A DNA stretch of 63,923 nucleotides, the filler included, from Bigelowiella natans CCMP2755 (lineage: Eukaryota > Protista > Cercozoa): assembly GCA_000320545.1 (NCBI GenBank). It is 8 parts of 8 records of this genome, joined end to end, with 100 filler letters (N's around TTAATTAATTAA, not from the genome) between each part and the next. Parts side by side here need not be neighbours in the genome. Positions count along the whole stretch, not along the records: positions 1 to 15,661 come from ADNK01000347.1; 7 more parts are not named here. One strand, 5' to 3'. Positions 1 to 11,719 of the stretch are shown in pieces. The position numbers were made by a program, and so were the translations under genes. The stretch's first letter is position 1. Every line of letters begins with the position of its first letter. The notes beneath the pieces were generated by a model. That model did no database searches. It was given only the letters and a program-made list of their open reading frames with translations, and was not told the DNA's origin.

Positions 1-251
1 TACTCCTACTACTCCCACTAAATATACTATCCGTTCACATGCCTGAGAGATCAGTAAAGCACGGTAGTAGCAGAAAGCAGAAAGCTCGGCCTTCAGTCGC
101 CGAAAGGCTTCTTCCCGATGAGGAAGACGACGATGACGAGGACGATTCGTTCTCATCATCTATCTCTGTGCGTCGTCGTGATATGAGTGCTGCCACAGTA
201 CTTTCTCCCCCCCCCCCCCCCCCCCCTCTCTCTCTCTCTCTCTCTTACTCT

Positions 252-290
<39 letters not shown>

Positions 291-436
291 TGCTGACATC
301 CCACTTCTCCGACGCTAGAAACCCGCTCACCTGCCATGGAAGCGCTAGGGTAAAGATGGTGATGGTAATAATGGTGATGATGGTGATGATGATGATACGC
401 TACAGCAGTATATGATATAGTTATGCTTTTTCAGAT

Positions 437-1210
437 TCAGCAAAGCACGTTGGAAAAAGCAAAGCCTGTGGAAATGATGAGAGAGCTATGAGGACTGTAC
501 AATACTACTTCTTGTGGGGTTGGCTTATATTGCTCATTCTTCTTTCGTAACGACAATTTGCCCCGTACGAAATCCTGAAGAAGAATAAGAATGTGGATGT
601 TAATGTATTCAGCTCTACTTAAGAATCGCTCATCCAGTATCCACTCATTCGTCTCTAGTTTTGGGATCTGTCGCCACAGCATATATCCACAGCATATATC
701 GCTGCTGTCGAACTTGTTTTCGCCTTCTCATCATACTTCCCCGCTCCCAAACCCATACACCCACCTGCATTCGAACGCAAAATTTTGGCATCATCGTTAT
801 TCGTAGCTGCTGTAGTGGCTTGTTGGCTGTGCCTTCGTTGGTAGATCTAGCCTCATTCAGTGCACCAGCAGGAGCACTCTCTTCCATGTGTTGGATCTGA
901 AATAGATGAGCGATGAAGTCGCAGTTGCTACTGAGCTGCAATTAGTATGTTTCCTCCCATATGGCTTCATCTCTATGGTGCGATTATAATCTCGCAAACA
1001 TACACGCGCAAGTTTGGCATTTAGAGGTCAATACTCTAATTATCCCCATCAGCGCTATCACATGACCTGCTCGTAGTACATACTGGTTACACGGTGCTGA
1101 GCACTCTCTTTCTGCCGAGGTGATAGCCAAAGCTCGCTCCGAACAGAATTCAACTCCTTTTGTCGTTTGGAAGGGTGGGGCGTGATAATGTCAGCGGAGC
1201 TGCTGCTGCC
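437..1210 (-). CDS. Possible multi-exon hypothetical gene fragment
   Basis: Exon-like open stretches bounded by AG/GT, e.g. GSSSSADIITPHPSKRQKELNSVRSELW...YYEQ (~1067-1210). No recognisable domain. Confidence 0.3.
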
Positions 1211-1887
1211 TGTCATTCATGTGCGTGTTATTCACGTTACGGTTATTAGGGGTGTTTCGTGTTATGCCTGACAAGTAGTAGCTGTAATAGAATGATGGGA
1301 GTCCATATAAATGTCATCAGATGGCCTTATCCCCCCCCCTGGATAGCGCCCACAGCAGAACTGGTTCCGCACAAAAAGCCCCCCTACTTTTGGCAGGAGC
1401 TGGAAGCAGAAGCCGGCTTCATTGGAATTTTAGATAATTAATTATCGAATAAATATCGAAGTATTGAATGGATTTCAGAATACTCGGGACCGGAAAATGA
1501 TAATTGAGGCAGAGATTACCTGCAAGGGTACACAAGATGTGCACATGGTAAAATCTGGTCTAAAAACTTGGCCGAACACGTCGCCACGAGCGAAATCTGC
1601 ACATCGGAAAAATGACATTGAAGGCTCCACATCATAGTTCCCTTCGCGAACTTCAATTCACAAGATTGCGCTGAGAAAATTCCAGAACTCTCTAAATAGG
1701 AAAATGGCCACATTTTGGTGATGAGCGACGTAATCAACTTTCGCGTTTTCCCAGAGATGGAGAAACGGTACCAAAAATCCATGTCGTTTTGATCAAAATA
1801 GGCTTTTGAGTGTTGTCGCAAGAGTAAGAACCAGAAAGGGAGAAGAGGCTCCGTTGGCTACGAGTACCTACCTGGCAAGACCTACCC

Positions 1888-2213
1888 TGTAGCGCGTACC
1901 ACTACGCGGGCACAAGTCACGTGCGACAACAAAGGGGTTGTCGCGGATATAGAATATAGATAACGTAGATATTAATACAGCATAGGCACGTGGGTTCCGG
2001 CGGGACTCATGGCAGCACACCGGAAGTGTGCTGCCCCACGTGCGGCGGCATTCGCGAAAGCTTCGCGAATGATTACGCAGTGCACGATTTAATAAAAATA
2101 TAATCTTTAATAAAAATAAACACAACTCTTCAAAAGGAAGCAAACGTGCCTTTCCCCCCCCCTGCCTACTTGTGCACGTAGCGCCTCGGCCTGTGAACAC
2201 CTTACGCGCAACA
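1888..2213 (+). repeat. 5' LTR (326 bp)
   Basis: TGTAGCGCGTA...TACGCGCAACA with imperfect 11-bp terminal inverted repeats; repeated at 7278, 41196 (minus) and 60752. Confidence 0.96.
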
Positions 2214-2218
2214 ACCTT

Positions 2219-2236
2219 TGGCTTCCACACACGGGA
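2219..2236 (+). promoter_or_regulatory. Primer-binding site (tRNA 3' end complement, Glu/Asp-like)
   Basis: TGGCTTCCACACACGGGA lies 5 nt after the LTR. Its reverse complement TCCCGTGTGTGGAAGCCA has a tRNA T-stem/acceptor/CCA layout. The isoacceptor is a guess. Confidence 0.7.
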
Positions 2237-2252
2237 AACGATTTGACTAACA

Positions 2253-5200
2253 ATGTCACAGCAGCTAGAAGAACAGCAGGACTTTGGCTCGCAGGCCGTG
2301 CAAGGGCACGAGCAGAAACAGGAAAGGAAGGGCGATACGGACGCTAAGGAAGGAGGAGGAACACCTCCACAGGCACCGCCGGGACCAGCACCCGGGATTA
2401 AGAAAGCAGATGCAGCAGCAGAGGCACTGGAGAACTTCTACGAGGCGGACGACGAGGACGTGGCCGCCGAAAGCAAGAAGGTCGTAATGGCATTACGAGC
2501 CTTGCGACCCAGGGCGAGCAACTACGCCAAACTGAAAGTATCGATAGAATACAAGTATCAGACACATGATGTTTGGGCAGCTATCATGCAGGACATCATG
2601 GATTACGAAGCAGACTTACCTCCAGAGTGGGCAGCTTTGTTTAGGAACGACGGGGGTCTGGGCGCCTCGCGGGGGACGACCCAGAGCACCGTCAAGCAGC
2701 AGCAGCCGGTACAGCGGAACACCCAGTTCATGTCTGTTAAAACAGCACCGGTTATGATAACGAAATACAACGGGAAAAGAGGTGAGGCAAGGAGGTGGTG
2801 GAAGAACGCTAGGAGTATACTCTGCGACTTTACCCCTAACCCCACCGAAAACGACAAGCTCAAATGGCTAGCTATAATAAAGCAAGCCATGGACCTTTAC
2901 GAGACAGGCAGGACCCGGATCAGGCAGCTAGAGAAAATACACACTACAGTTAGTGGGCTACGAGACGTTGAGGCGATAATGAAGGCTTTTGTAAATGAAC
3001 AGGATGCTAACTCCCTACCCCAGGCTATTAGAAAATACAGAGCAATGATGCAGCATGAGAGAGAACCTGTTAGAGACTTTGCCACGCGCTTCCAGGATAT
3101 GATCGACGAACTACATGATTTTAATTACAACACAGGTGATGATCAGGCAAGGTTTGAAGAGTTCAAGTTAAAGATAAAGGAATCCACTTACGTTACGGAG
3201 AAAGGCTACACCACGATGGAGGCAGCAGTGCAGGCTATATCCCTACGCGAGCAGGAGCAGGACCGCAAGTTTACCAGCCCTAAGGTACCTGGCATAGGAA
3301 ACATTAACGCTATTAAGCCGCAGCGAGACTGGTACAAGGACAGGGAAGGTAACCGACGTTGCGGATACTGCTCACGTAAAGGGAAACACACCGCTAAAGA
3401 CTGCAGAGACAGGAAAGAAGGACGACCCAGGATGACGATCAGGCAGCTCAACGAACACTACGAGAAGTTAAAGAGAAAGAAAGGCAGAGGACAAGGATAT
3501 AACAACAGCAAATGGCAAGGCAGCAACAACGGGAAGAACAATAAATATAAGAACAAAAAGCAGAACAGTATCAATGCTATACAGCAGCAGATAAACGGAA
3601 TATTAGATCACCTTAAGCAGGCGCCGACGAAGACAGCAGTACCAGCAACGCAGGACCAAGACAAGCCCATGACCCTAGACGACATAAAGAACTTAGGAGT
3701 ATGCAACATTAATGACGAAGACGCTAACAGGACTATCAAAGTTGCTATGACCAAGGTTAAAGTTAAAGACAGCTACGGAGACTACAAGAAACTACCTGCC
3801 CTTTGGGATAGTGGCAGCATGCCGAAGTCCTTCATAAGCCTAAGCACAGTAAGAAGGTTAGGACTATTGGATCAAGTGACTAAGAAAGAACGTAAATATG
3901 CTCAAGCAGACGGAAGCTCTTCCATGAAGACCGTCGGTGAGCTAATGCTAAAGCTACAGATACCTGGCAGCGACGCGGAGACCCAAATCAAGACCCGAGT
4001 AGCCATGACTTTATCCATGGAACTACTCCTCGGACAGGATGCCCTAGAAAAATTAGGGGGGATCATATCATTCTACAATCACAAGATATACTTTGCTAAG
4101 TTGCCAAAGAAGTCAGGCAGGACCATCAGCCAGAACATGATACGGCTTGACGAGTGGACCTCTGAGTCAAGCGTTAATGCGTTAGAGTTTATGGACCTAG
4201 CGGACAACAAGCTACCTACACCTACCGAGCTACGGAAGAAGAACCCCGGCAAGACCATCCGACAGATAACGGAGCTACTGGACAAGACCCCCCCAGCTGA
4301 TGATTGGGATATCGACAAAGGCAAAAAGTACATTAATAAAATATTAAACGAGAAGTACTCTGACATCACCAAGCCGACGACGAAGCCCTCCAGCAAGCTT
4401 ACCCCAGTAAAGATCGAGCTAAAGAAGGGATACGAAGAGTGCATCATCAATGACCCAGAACATAGGCGACCGGAAGCGGACTGGGAAAAGATAGAGTGGC
4501 AGATCAATGAATGGGCAAAGGAAGGGAAGATAGAGCCAAGCAACTCACCATGGAACGTGAGACATGTGCTAGCTAAGAAACCTACTTACCCTTTCTTCCG
4601 CCTGGCGCACAACTTCATCCGCCACAACCGAGTAATAAAGAGGATCCAGACACCTACACCAAGGATAGATGACGTTATTGAACACGTCATAGGATACAAA
4701 TACTACTCCTCCCTAGATAAAAATGAATCATACATGCAGACACCCATCCACAAAACCTCCCGCCCCATTACCGCGTTCTCCAGCAGGCACAGGAAGTGGC
4801 ACTTCGTCGTATTCCCTTACGGCCTAAGCATATCAGGGGATGCGTTCAGTAGTCAGAACTACAGGGCATACACACATGATGGGATGGCGTCTGTGTTGTG
4901 GGTGTTTGTGTTTGTGTATGTGGATGATGACATAATATGTACCAACACAGTCGTCGCTCAGATCTTCCTCCTGGAAAATATATTTATTAGGTTTGCACAC
5001 TTCGGTTTTACTATTAGACTGCAGAAGTGTACATTCCTAGCTACAAGAATCAAGTGGTGTGGATATTACCTGGAGCAAGGCCGCATCACCCCAAACCCCG
5101 AGAAAGTAGCAGCACTACAGCAAGCCCCTAAACCTAAGAATGCAAAGGAGTTAAAGTCATTCTTGCAGACTGCAGCTTGGATACTACGTAGGTTCTCCCC

Positions 5201-7226
5201 TACCTACGCTAGGACTGCAGCTGCTTTTACTACTGCTTACCGGAAGGAGAACTCTGTAGGCCTCAGCTTCGCTAAGGTGTGGGCCAAGGCTGGCCTTGAT
5301 GCCCACTTCGATAACCTAATAAAGTTATGCAGCAACACCCTATTGAATGCTAAGCTAGACACTACTAGACCAGCTACCCTATGGACAGACTGGTCTAAGC
5401 TAGGTATGGCTGCTGTACTTACCCAAGACCAGCAGATCATACGGGTGTGGGGCAGGGCCTGCACAGCAGCTGAGGCCAAGTACAGCCCTACAAAAGGAGA
5501 GTATAAAGCCATGACTGAGGCGCAGAGGAAACTAAGATACTACCTGCTGTCGGTGCCCAGCTTCACCTTAATGACTGACCACAAGCCCCTCCTAGGCATC
5601 GACCGCAAGCTCGAAGCGCCTAACGATGAGTATGCAGCTATGAGGGCGGACACGGAAGAGTTTAGGGACAAGAGGACAGTGGTCTACGCACCAGGAGACA
5701 AGCAGCTTGCTGACTATTTCAGCAGGCTGTTCGAAAAGAAAGTCCCTACCCAGGTCACCCCTATGGTTAACGTGATTACCTTCGAGGACGGCGACTTCCT
5801 GCCTGAGCCAGAGGAGCTCCAGCACCTTCAAGAACACCTGGATAAATACAAACACAAGCATGAGGTACTTAGTGATAGGATATATGTATACACTAATAAT
5901 GTTAGGCGTACCTACGTGCCACGGCGGACCAGGGGAGCCCTTCTCTTTACCGCCCATGGACCTGCACACGTAGGAGAAAACCATATCACTGCTCTACTCT
6001 ACCATTACTACTGGCCCTACAAGCTAAAAGAGATAAGGACATACCTGCGTGGCTGCAGGTGCTCCAGCTTGAAGGCGGCAGGCGTCGCCACCAAGGAGTC
6101 CAGCAAGAGCCGTGCATCTAAGAAAATCAAAGCAAGGAACTTCTTAGATATCGTGCAAATTGATGTTTATAAGTACGATGGCTATCACTACCTTACCTTC
6201 GTTGATGTGGCCACTGGAAAGTGCTGGGTTAAAAAGATTATCAAGGTCAACGTTGCTAAGAAGAACAAAGGCTTATATAAGCAGAGGCTTACTAACTGCT
6301 ACCGTACCTGGGAGTCTGAGCTCCAGGCTATCCCTGATGAAGTTAGCATAAACAAGATACCAAAGAAGTTACATGTGGATAATGAGACCTCTCTTCTACA
6401 GCTACCACACCCTAATATTGATGCCTCACCTGTATACTATGCCCAGTCCAACTCCAAGGTAGAGCGACTCCACCGCACCTTGGCCAACCTAAGCAGGATA
6501 AATAGCACCACACCAGACAAGATACAAGGGTTAGTAAACGACACCTTCACGTCTGGGGGAGGTATCAAGGATAAGGAGAGGGAAGAAGGCGACGACAACG
6601 ACGACGATACCGAGAGCGAAGACGAGAAGGTCCCGTACGATGGCCGAGTTCTAAAGGAAGGACAGTATGTTAGGGCCAAGGTAAATCTGAGATCGAGAAA
6701 TAAACAAGACCCCTTCTGGGGTGGCGTTGCAAAGGTTACCGAGAGGAAGGGGAGGAAGCAGTACTACATCTATGATGGGAACAGGGTCACCTTGCGCCAC
6801 ATCAGTCACCTAAAGAATTATGATATCGGTGAGAAGCTCCTAGAGGATGTTAAAGTAAACCCTACTGTGTGGGAGCGAGCAATGCCTTGTTTAGGACCCC
6901 GACCTAAGTTCGATGTGGAATATGGAAACAATAAGGTCAGGGTGAACGACGATTGGCGCATGAAGATTGTCTATCTAGGCTACCCTGGATTACGAAATAT
7001 GGAGAGGGTAGCTATGAAAATAAAGGACGGAAAATATCAGCTACTCTACCTAGCTGTTCCCGACTTACCCTTTGAGCACTGGTATAAGGTCCTGGGGGAC
7101 CTTGATGCAGAGGGCTGGTATGGACACGAACCTAAGGACGAAGGTGAGTTCTGGGTAAGCGACAAAGGAGATAAGGTTAGAGAGGAATCTATTACCTGGT
7201 GGTTGGTGAAGTTCCGAAAGCGATGA
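2253..7226 (+). CDS. Gag-Pol polyprotein (1657 aa) with C-terminal Dam-like methyltransferase-fold domain
   Basis: Zn knuckle CGYCSRKGKHTAKDC (~3360); protease LWDSGS (~3807); RT YVDD (4917-4928); RNase H TDWS..E..TDHKPL..LADYFSR; integrase HH-CC-like and DDE (IDV/VDNE/KVERLHRTL); SH3-like GPY/F-type module; extra domain at 6822-7226. RT-RH-INT order indicates Ty3/Gypsy. Confidence 0.95.
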   Translation: MSQQLEEQQDFGSQAVQGHEQKQERKGDTDAKEGGGTPPQAPPGPAPGIKKADAAAEALENFYEADDEDVAAESKKVVMALRALRPRASNYAKLKVSIEYKYQTHDVWAAIMQDIMDYEADLPPEWAALFRNDGGLGASRGTTQSTVKQQQPVQRNTQFMSVKTAPVMITKYNGKRGEARRWWKNARSILCDFTPNPTENDKLKWLAIIKQAMDLYETGRTRIRQLEKIHTTVSGLRDVEAIMKAFVNEQDANSLPQAIRKYRAMMQHEREPVRDFATRFQDMIDELHDFNYNTGDDQARFEEFKLKIKESTYVTEKGYTTMEAAVQAISLREQEQDRKFTSPKVPGIGNINAIKPQRDWYKDREGNRRCGYCSRKGKHTAKDCRDRKEGRPRMTIRQLNEHYEKLKRKKGRGQGYNNSKWQGSNNGKNNKYKNKKQNSINAIQQQINGILDHLKQAPTKTAVPATQDQDKPMTLDDIKNLGVCNINDEDANRTIKVAMTKVKVKDSYGDYKKLPALWDSGSMPKSFISLSTVRRLGLLDQVTKKERKYAQADGSSSMKTVGELMLKLQIPGSDAETQIKTRVAMTLSMELLLGQDALEKLGGIISFYNHKIYFAKLPKKSGRTISQNMIRLDEWTSESSVNALEFMDLADNKLPTPTELRKKNPGKTIRQITELLDKTPPADDWDIDKGKKYINKILNEKYSDITKPTTKPSSKLTPVKIELKKGYEECIINDPEHRRPEADWEKIEWQINEWAKEGKIEPSNSPWNVRHVLAKKPTYPFFRLAHNFIRHNRVIKRIQTPTPRIDDVIEHVIGYKYYSSLDKNESYMQTPIHKTSRPITAFSSRHRKWHFVVFPYGLSISGDAFSSQNYRAYTHDGMASVLWVFVFVYVDDDIICTNTVVAQIFLLENIFIRFAHFGFTIRLQKCTFLATRIKWCGYYLEQGRITPNPEKVAALQQAPKPKNAKELKSFLQTAAWILRRFSPTYARTAAAFTTAYRKENSVGLSFAKVWAKAGLDAHFDNLIKLCSNTLLNAKLDTTRPATLWTDWSKLGMAAVLTQDQQIIRVWGRACTAAEAKYSPTKGEYKAMTEAQRKLRYYLLSVPSFTLMTDHKPLLGIDRKLEAPNDEYAAMRADTEEFRDKRTVVYAPGDKQLADYFSRLFEKKVPTQVTPMVNVITFEDGDFLPEPEELQHLQEHLDKYKHKHEVLSDRIYVYTNNVRRTYVPRRTRGALLFTAHGPAHVGENHITALLYHYYWPYKLKEIRTYLRGCRCSSLKAAGVATKESSKSRASKKIKARNFLDIVQIDVYKYDGYHYLTFVDVATGKCWVKKIIKVNVAKKNKGLYKQRLTNCYRTWESELQAIPDEVSINKIPKKLHVDNETSLLQLPHPNIDASPVYYAQSNSKVERLHRTLANLSRINSTTPDKIQGLVNDTFTSGGGIKDKEREEGDDNDDDTESEDEKVPYDGRVLKEGQYVRAKVNLRSRNKQDPFWGGVAKVTERKGRKQYYIYDGNRVTLRHISHLKNYDIGEKLLEDVKVNPTVWERAMPCLGPRPKFDVEYGNNKVRVNDDWRMKIVYLGYPGLRNMERVAMKIKDGKYQLLYLAVPDLPFEHWYKVLGDLDAEGWYGHEPKDEGEFWVSDKGDKVREESITWWLVKFRKR

Positions 7227-7269
7227 AGGTCTAAGGGAATAAGGAAGGAAGGAAGGAGCAACGTGACTT

Positions 7270-7277
7270 GGGGGAGG
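7270..7277 (+). promoter_or_regulatory. Polypurine tract
   Basis: GGGGGAGG immediately before the 3' LTR; a further purine-rich run lies at ~7234-7258. Confidence 0.8.
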
Positions 7278-7603
7278 TGTAGCGCGTACAACTACGCGGG
7301 CACAAGTCACGTGCGACAACAAAGGGGTTGTCGCGGATATAGAATATAGATAACGTAGATATTAATACAGCATAGGCACGTGGGTTCCGGCGGGACTCAT
7401 GGCAGCACACCGGAAGTGTGCTGCCCCACGTGCGGCGGCATTCGCGAAAGCTTCGCGAATGATTACGCAGTGCACGATTTAATAAAAATATAATCTTTAA
7501 TAAAAATAAACACAACTCTTCAAAAGGAAGCAAACGTGCCTTTCCCCCCCCCTGCCTACTTGTGCACGTAGCGCCTCGGCCTGTGAACACCTTACGCGCA
7601 ACA
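7278..7603 (+). repeat. 3' LTR (326 bp)
   Basis: Direct repeat of 1888-2213, followed by TSD ACCC. Confidence 0.96.
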
Positions 7604-7947
7604 ACCCACCCCGCGCTTGAGGCTAACCAAAGACAACCCTATAAGAGGTAGACAACACCTACAAATTAATTGAATCAAATTTACATGTTAACAGCGGAAA
7701 ATTTTAATGTCAAATCTGAAATGAGATGCATAGCGCAGTTGGAAGTGCACATTAACAGGGGGGCAAAAGTTTTTTTTTGCCCCTGCCCGTTGGGCGGTGA
7801 GAAAACTGTAAGATCCCCTATCTTATGGTAACGAGGGATTGGACTGGAGAACGGGGGCGGGACTTTTCTTTTGCTGGAGAAAGGCTAATTTCATGAAACA
7901 TGATTCTTCCAGGTCCTCCTTGCCTTTGATTTTCATTCGACCTTCTT

Positions 7948-8173
7948 ATGGGGACCGTTCCCCTCTCCGTGTGCGTTCCATCCGATGATACGAGGCAGGA
8001 TAACTCATCCTCTCGTTCCAGGTCTAACTTGAGGAATCCAAAGGTTTACGATTACATGTATATGTATTTTAAATTATTCATTCGAAATTATTCATTGAAA
8101 CAACATATACTGAAATTGAATAAATTTGTATACCCCCACCCTTCTCTCTTCCTCTCTCTCTCTCTCACACACA

Positions 8174-8205
<32 letters not shown>

Positions 8206-8454
8206 GTGGTGTGCGCGTGTGTGTGCGTGTGTGTGTATTCGCGCGCGCGCGCATGTGTTTGTATTTATCATAACTTTCCATTCAATCTCACACATTTTGG
8301 TAATATTCAGGAACGTGTTTGCGTCATTCACTCAAGGCCTAGCACACCAGAAGATGGAGTGCAGCCTCCTCGCGAGGCACCGATCGGATCTGGATTTCTT
8401 GTGGGGAAAAATCCTGGCCTTGGAATGGATGAAAGCCCGAAAGACGGGAGATGA
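7948..8454 (+). CDS. Possible small two-exon hypothetical protein
   Basis: In-frame GT-AG intron 8044-8310 (267 nt, contains microsatellites) would give ~79 aa. No homology recognised. Confidence 0.25.
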
Positions 8455-9064
8455 CATTTCTTCCGTGCGCTCGATTCATTGAATCAGCGTACGAGATTTC
8501 ACAAATGAAGAGACAAATGAAGAGACCATTTTTGGCGTCATTATATAGTTTAACAATATCCCAGAGCGACGCAGAAGTGTGTTTTTAGATATTAAGAAGT
8601 CACCAACAGCAGGCGTCGGCTTCTAAACTTCTAAACCTAAATTAACAAGAAAAATTTTAATTAAAAAAAATCGGTGACTTTGCGTCGAGCTTGAATTTAA
8701 TTCTTGCGTGGTGTCCTTGACGGTTAATCAGCCATAGAATTATGTGTGGAAATTTCACATGAAGCCTCTTAGTAGCGGTAATAGTTTGGTTCGTTGTCAC
8801 AACAGAGTCATCTCTGAGATATATCTCAGAATATGATCGGTCCGAAGGTCTTCATCACGCTCCGCGAGTGATGATTGGCGGCATCGATTAGGAAAGCTGA
8901 TAGGAAATGTGTCACTTTTAGTCGCTTTTGGTCATCAGTATCTCAACAAACTGTAAATTAATACAAGTCACAAATTTCAATTCAAGATATGCCTGTGACT
9001 GTTGATTTGCATTGTGATGTCTAAGCTACATTGTATGCACACATTTTTCAGGGTATTAGCGCTC

Positions 9065-9109
<45 letters not shown>

Positions 9110-9111
9110 TT

Positions 9112-9147
<36 letters not shown>

Positions 9148-9772
9148 AATACATATATAGTATAGCATAACACGTTCCACCGTTGTTACTTTATGTACTA
9201 TGTAGCACAATACGTTGCGTCTGTAGTGCACACGTCCTGATTTGCAGCCTTGTATGGCTAGATGGCTCTGTGCTACACTGATGTAACCTTCGCAAACGTG
9301 CGTTTGCATTGTGTGCACGCACGTGCCTAGGTGCGTGATAGCGTGCATGGCGCAGGCATACAAGCTAGCAAGATAAGGAGATGAGAATTACACCTGTTAT
9401 ACCTAGCGTAACAGACAGATGAATAAGTTAAATTTATTGGTCTAAAGTAGCAGTAGTACGTTCACTGGTTGCGATAGTTGCGAAGCCTGAGAGTAGACGA
9501 GCATGATGCTGCAACCACATTCACAGCTCTGTCCAGCTAGCTAGCTTACTTTGTGCGTTCTCAACTAAAGCATGCTCAAGAGTAGAGTTTCATTTCAAAA
9601 ATTCCTAGTTTAACTTGAAAACAATCACATTTACACCCTTCCCTATCTCTGGTGGTATGCGACTAAGGATTCGGAAAAACCTTTCATTGGACACAAATTT
9701 TCTCATTATTGGCTATTGCTGCTTGACTTACATTTGGGTGCCACCATAAGAAGAACAAAGATAGCTTTTGTC

Positions 9773-10291
<519 letters not shown>

Positions 10292-11719
10292 TCTCTTAGA
10301 AAGTTAGCGCGCTCGAACGGATCGGACAAGGTGGCCACAACTACCCCATTTTGGGCTCACGATGGTGCAGTAGTGAGGAGGGCTTGTACCTCTGTATCTA
10401 GCACGGATGAAAGCCGACAGGAATTATGAGAAAAAAATATGGAGGTACCTGCCGCTACCAACGGCTGATTAATTAATTTGTCGCTAGACACAAATACCAC
10501 CAAATCTATCTCTTCTTTTGTGCAAATCCCAAGTCGCACGAAGGAACCCCGTTCCAACCCCCCCCACCTAGCAAGCAATAAACCACACGTAAATTGGGGA
10601 TAATCCGCGCATGCGGCATGGTCATTTGCAGGTCGTAGATGAGAACAGAGGCTTGTCGCCATCACACATCATCTCTTTCAAAACAAGGTGAACAACGATG
10701 TTCAAAGTTTGACAAAAGCTACATTTCGATACTTGACAAGGGCGTTACCCTTAGAGATATTCATAGACAAACTTGTAATCGCCTATATTTTTAGTGTGCG
10801 ACATATATACATAACATTTTTGTTTTAGTTCTTGAGAATCGACACCATAAATTTCCAGTTTCGAAAGGGGGAGGGGGAATCTTACGACGACGCGAACGTA
10901 CCTCCTCATGGGGGTGTAACCTATTTCCGGCCCGAAGACCTAGTTGTTCTGTTGAGCGCATGAAAATTATGCTTCCAGTGCTGAGCTCGAAACTTATGCT
11001 CCCATTGCTCCTCGATGAAGAAAAACAGCAGCCCAACTCAAAGCTTCTTGCTCCAATCTAGCGAAGGACATTCAGCATCGTTTTCCAGACAGGGCTATGC
11101 TTACGCCAAGAAATAGAAACCGGAGACAATCTCCTATCAGATCAGAGAGTATGTGAAACCAGAACAATTTTGTCACTCCGATGTTTTTCATCTGAGAGTT
11201 GATTCATAATGCACACAGAAACGCAAGGGTTGGACCATCTGGCTCCCAAAATGGAACATAAGCGATCATCCAGGTCGTAATCACATCCTCTCCTAGTGTA
11301 AATTTTCAATGAGTCGGCCAGCCTAAAAAAGTATAACCACGAATAACTGGATAATGGCTGCTCAGGTCTGCATCTATAGACTCTCAAAAAAGCCAGGGCT
11401 CCTATCGAGGTAGCAGTCGGTTCTTACCTACATTTGTTCTCTTCACACCTCCTCGCACCAATATGATATACTATTATCTGGATAACCTTTATGTGTTCGT
11501 TCAGGTGAGGTTGAAATCGATTTGGGCAATGATGTTGGCGTCCCCATCTTCAGCAGATTGAAGACATCCCCGCCCATTCTTCCTGGTGCAAGAGCAAAAA
11601 GGGGGTAAGTGCGAGCATAAAGAAAACATAGTAAACATTAGCGACGCTAGTATAGTAGCAGGTGTGGTATCGTTGGAGCTCACACGTCCGGTCACCGCAA
11701 TCAGCAAAATCTACCCCCG

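Larger units (their letters stand above)
1888..7603 (+). mobile_element. Complete Ty3/Gypsy LTR retrotransposon (copy 1)
   Basis: 326-bp LTRs (TG...CA) at 1888-2213 and 7278-7603, with one mismatch seen (1900 C vs 7290 A). 4-bp TSD ACCC (1884-1887 / 7604-7607). PBS and PPT present. Single Gag-PR-RT-RH-INT ORF. Confidence 0.97.

Noticed and set aside
1868-2230. Antisense ~120-aa ORF recurring at four places
   Set aside because: It recurs only because it is the LTR read backwards; no coding hallmarks.
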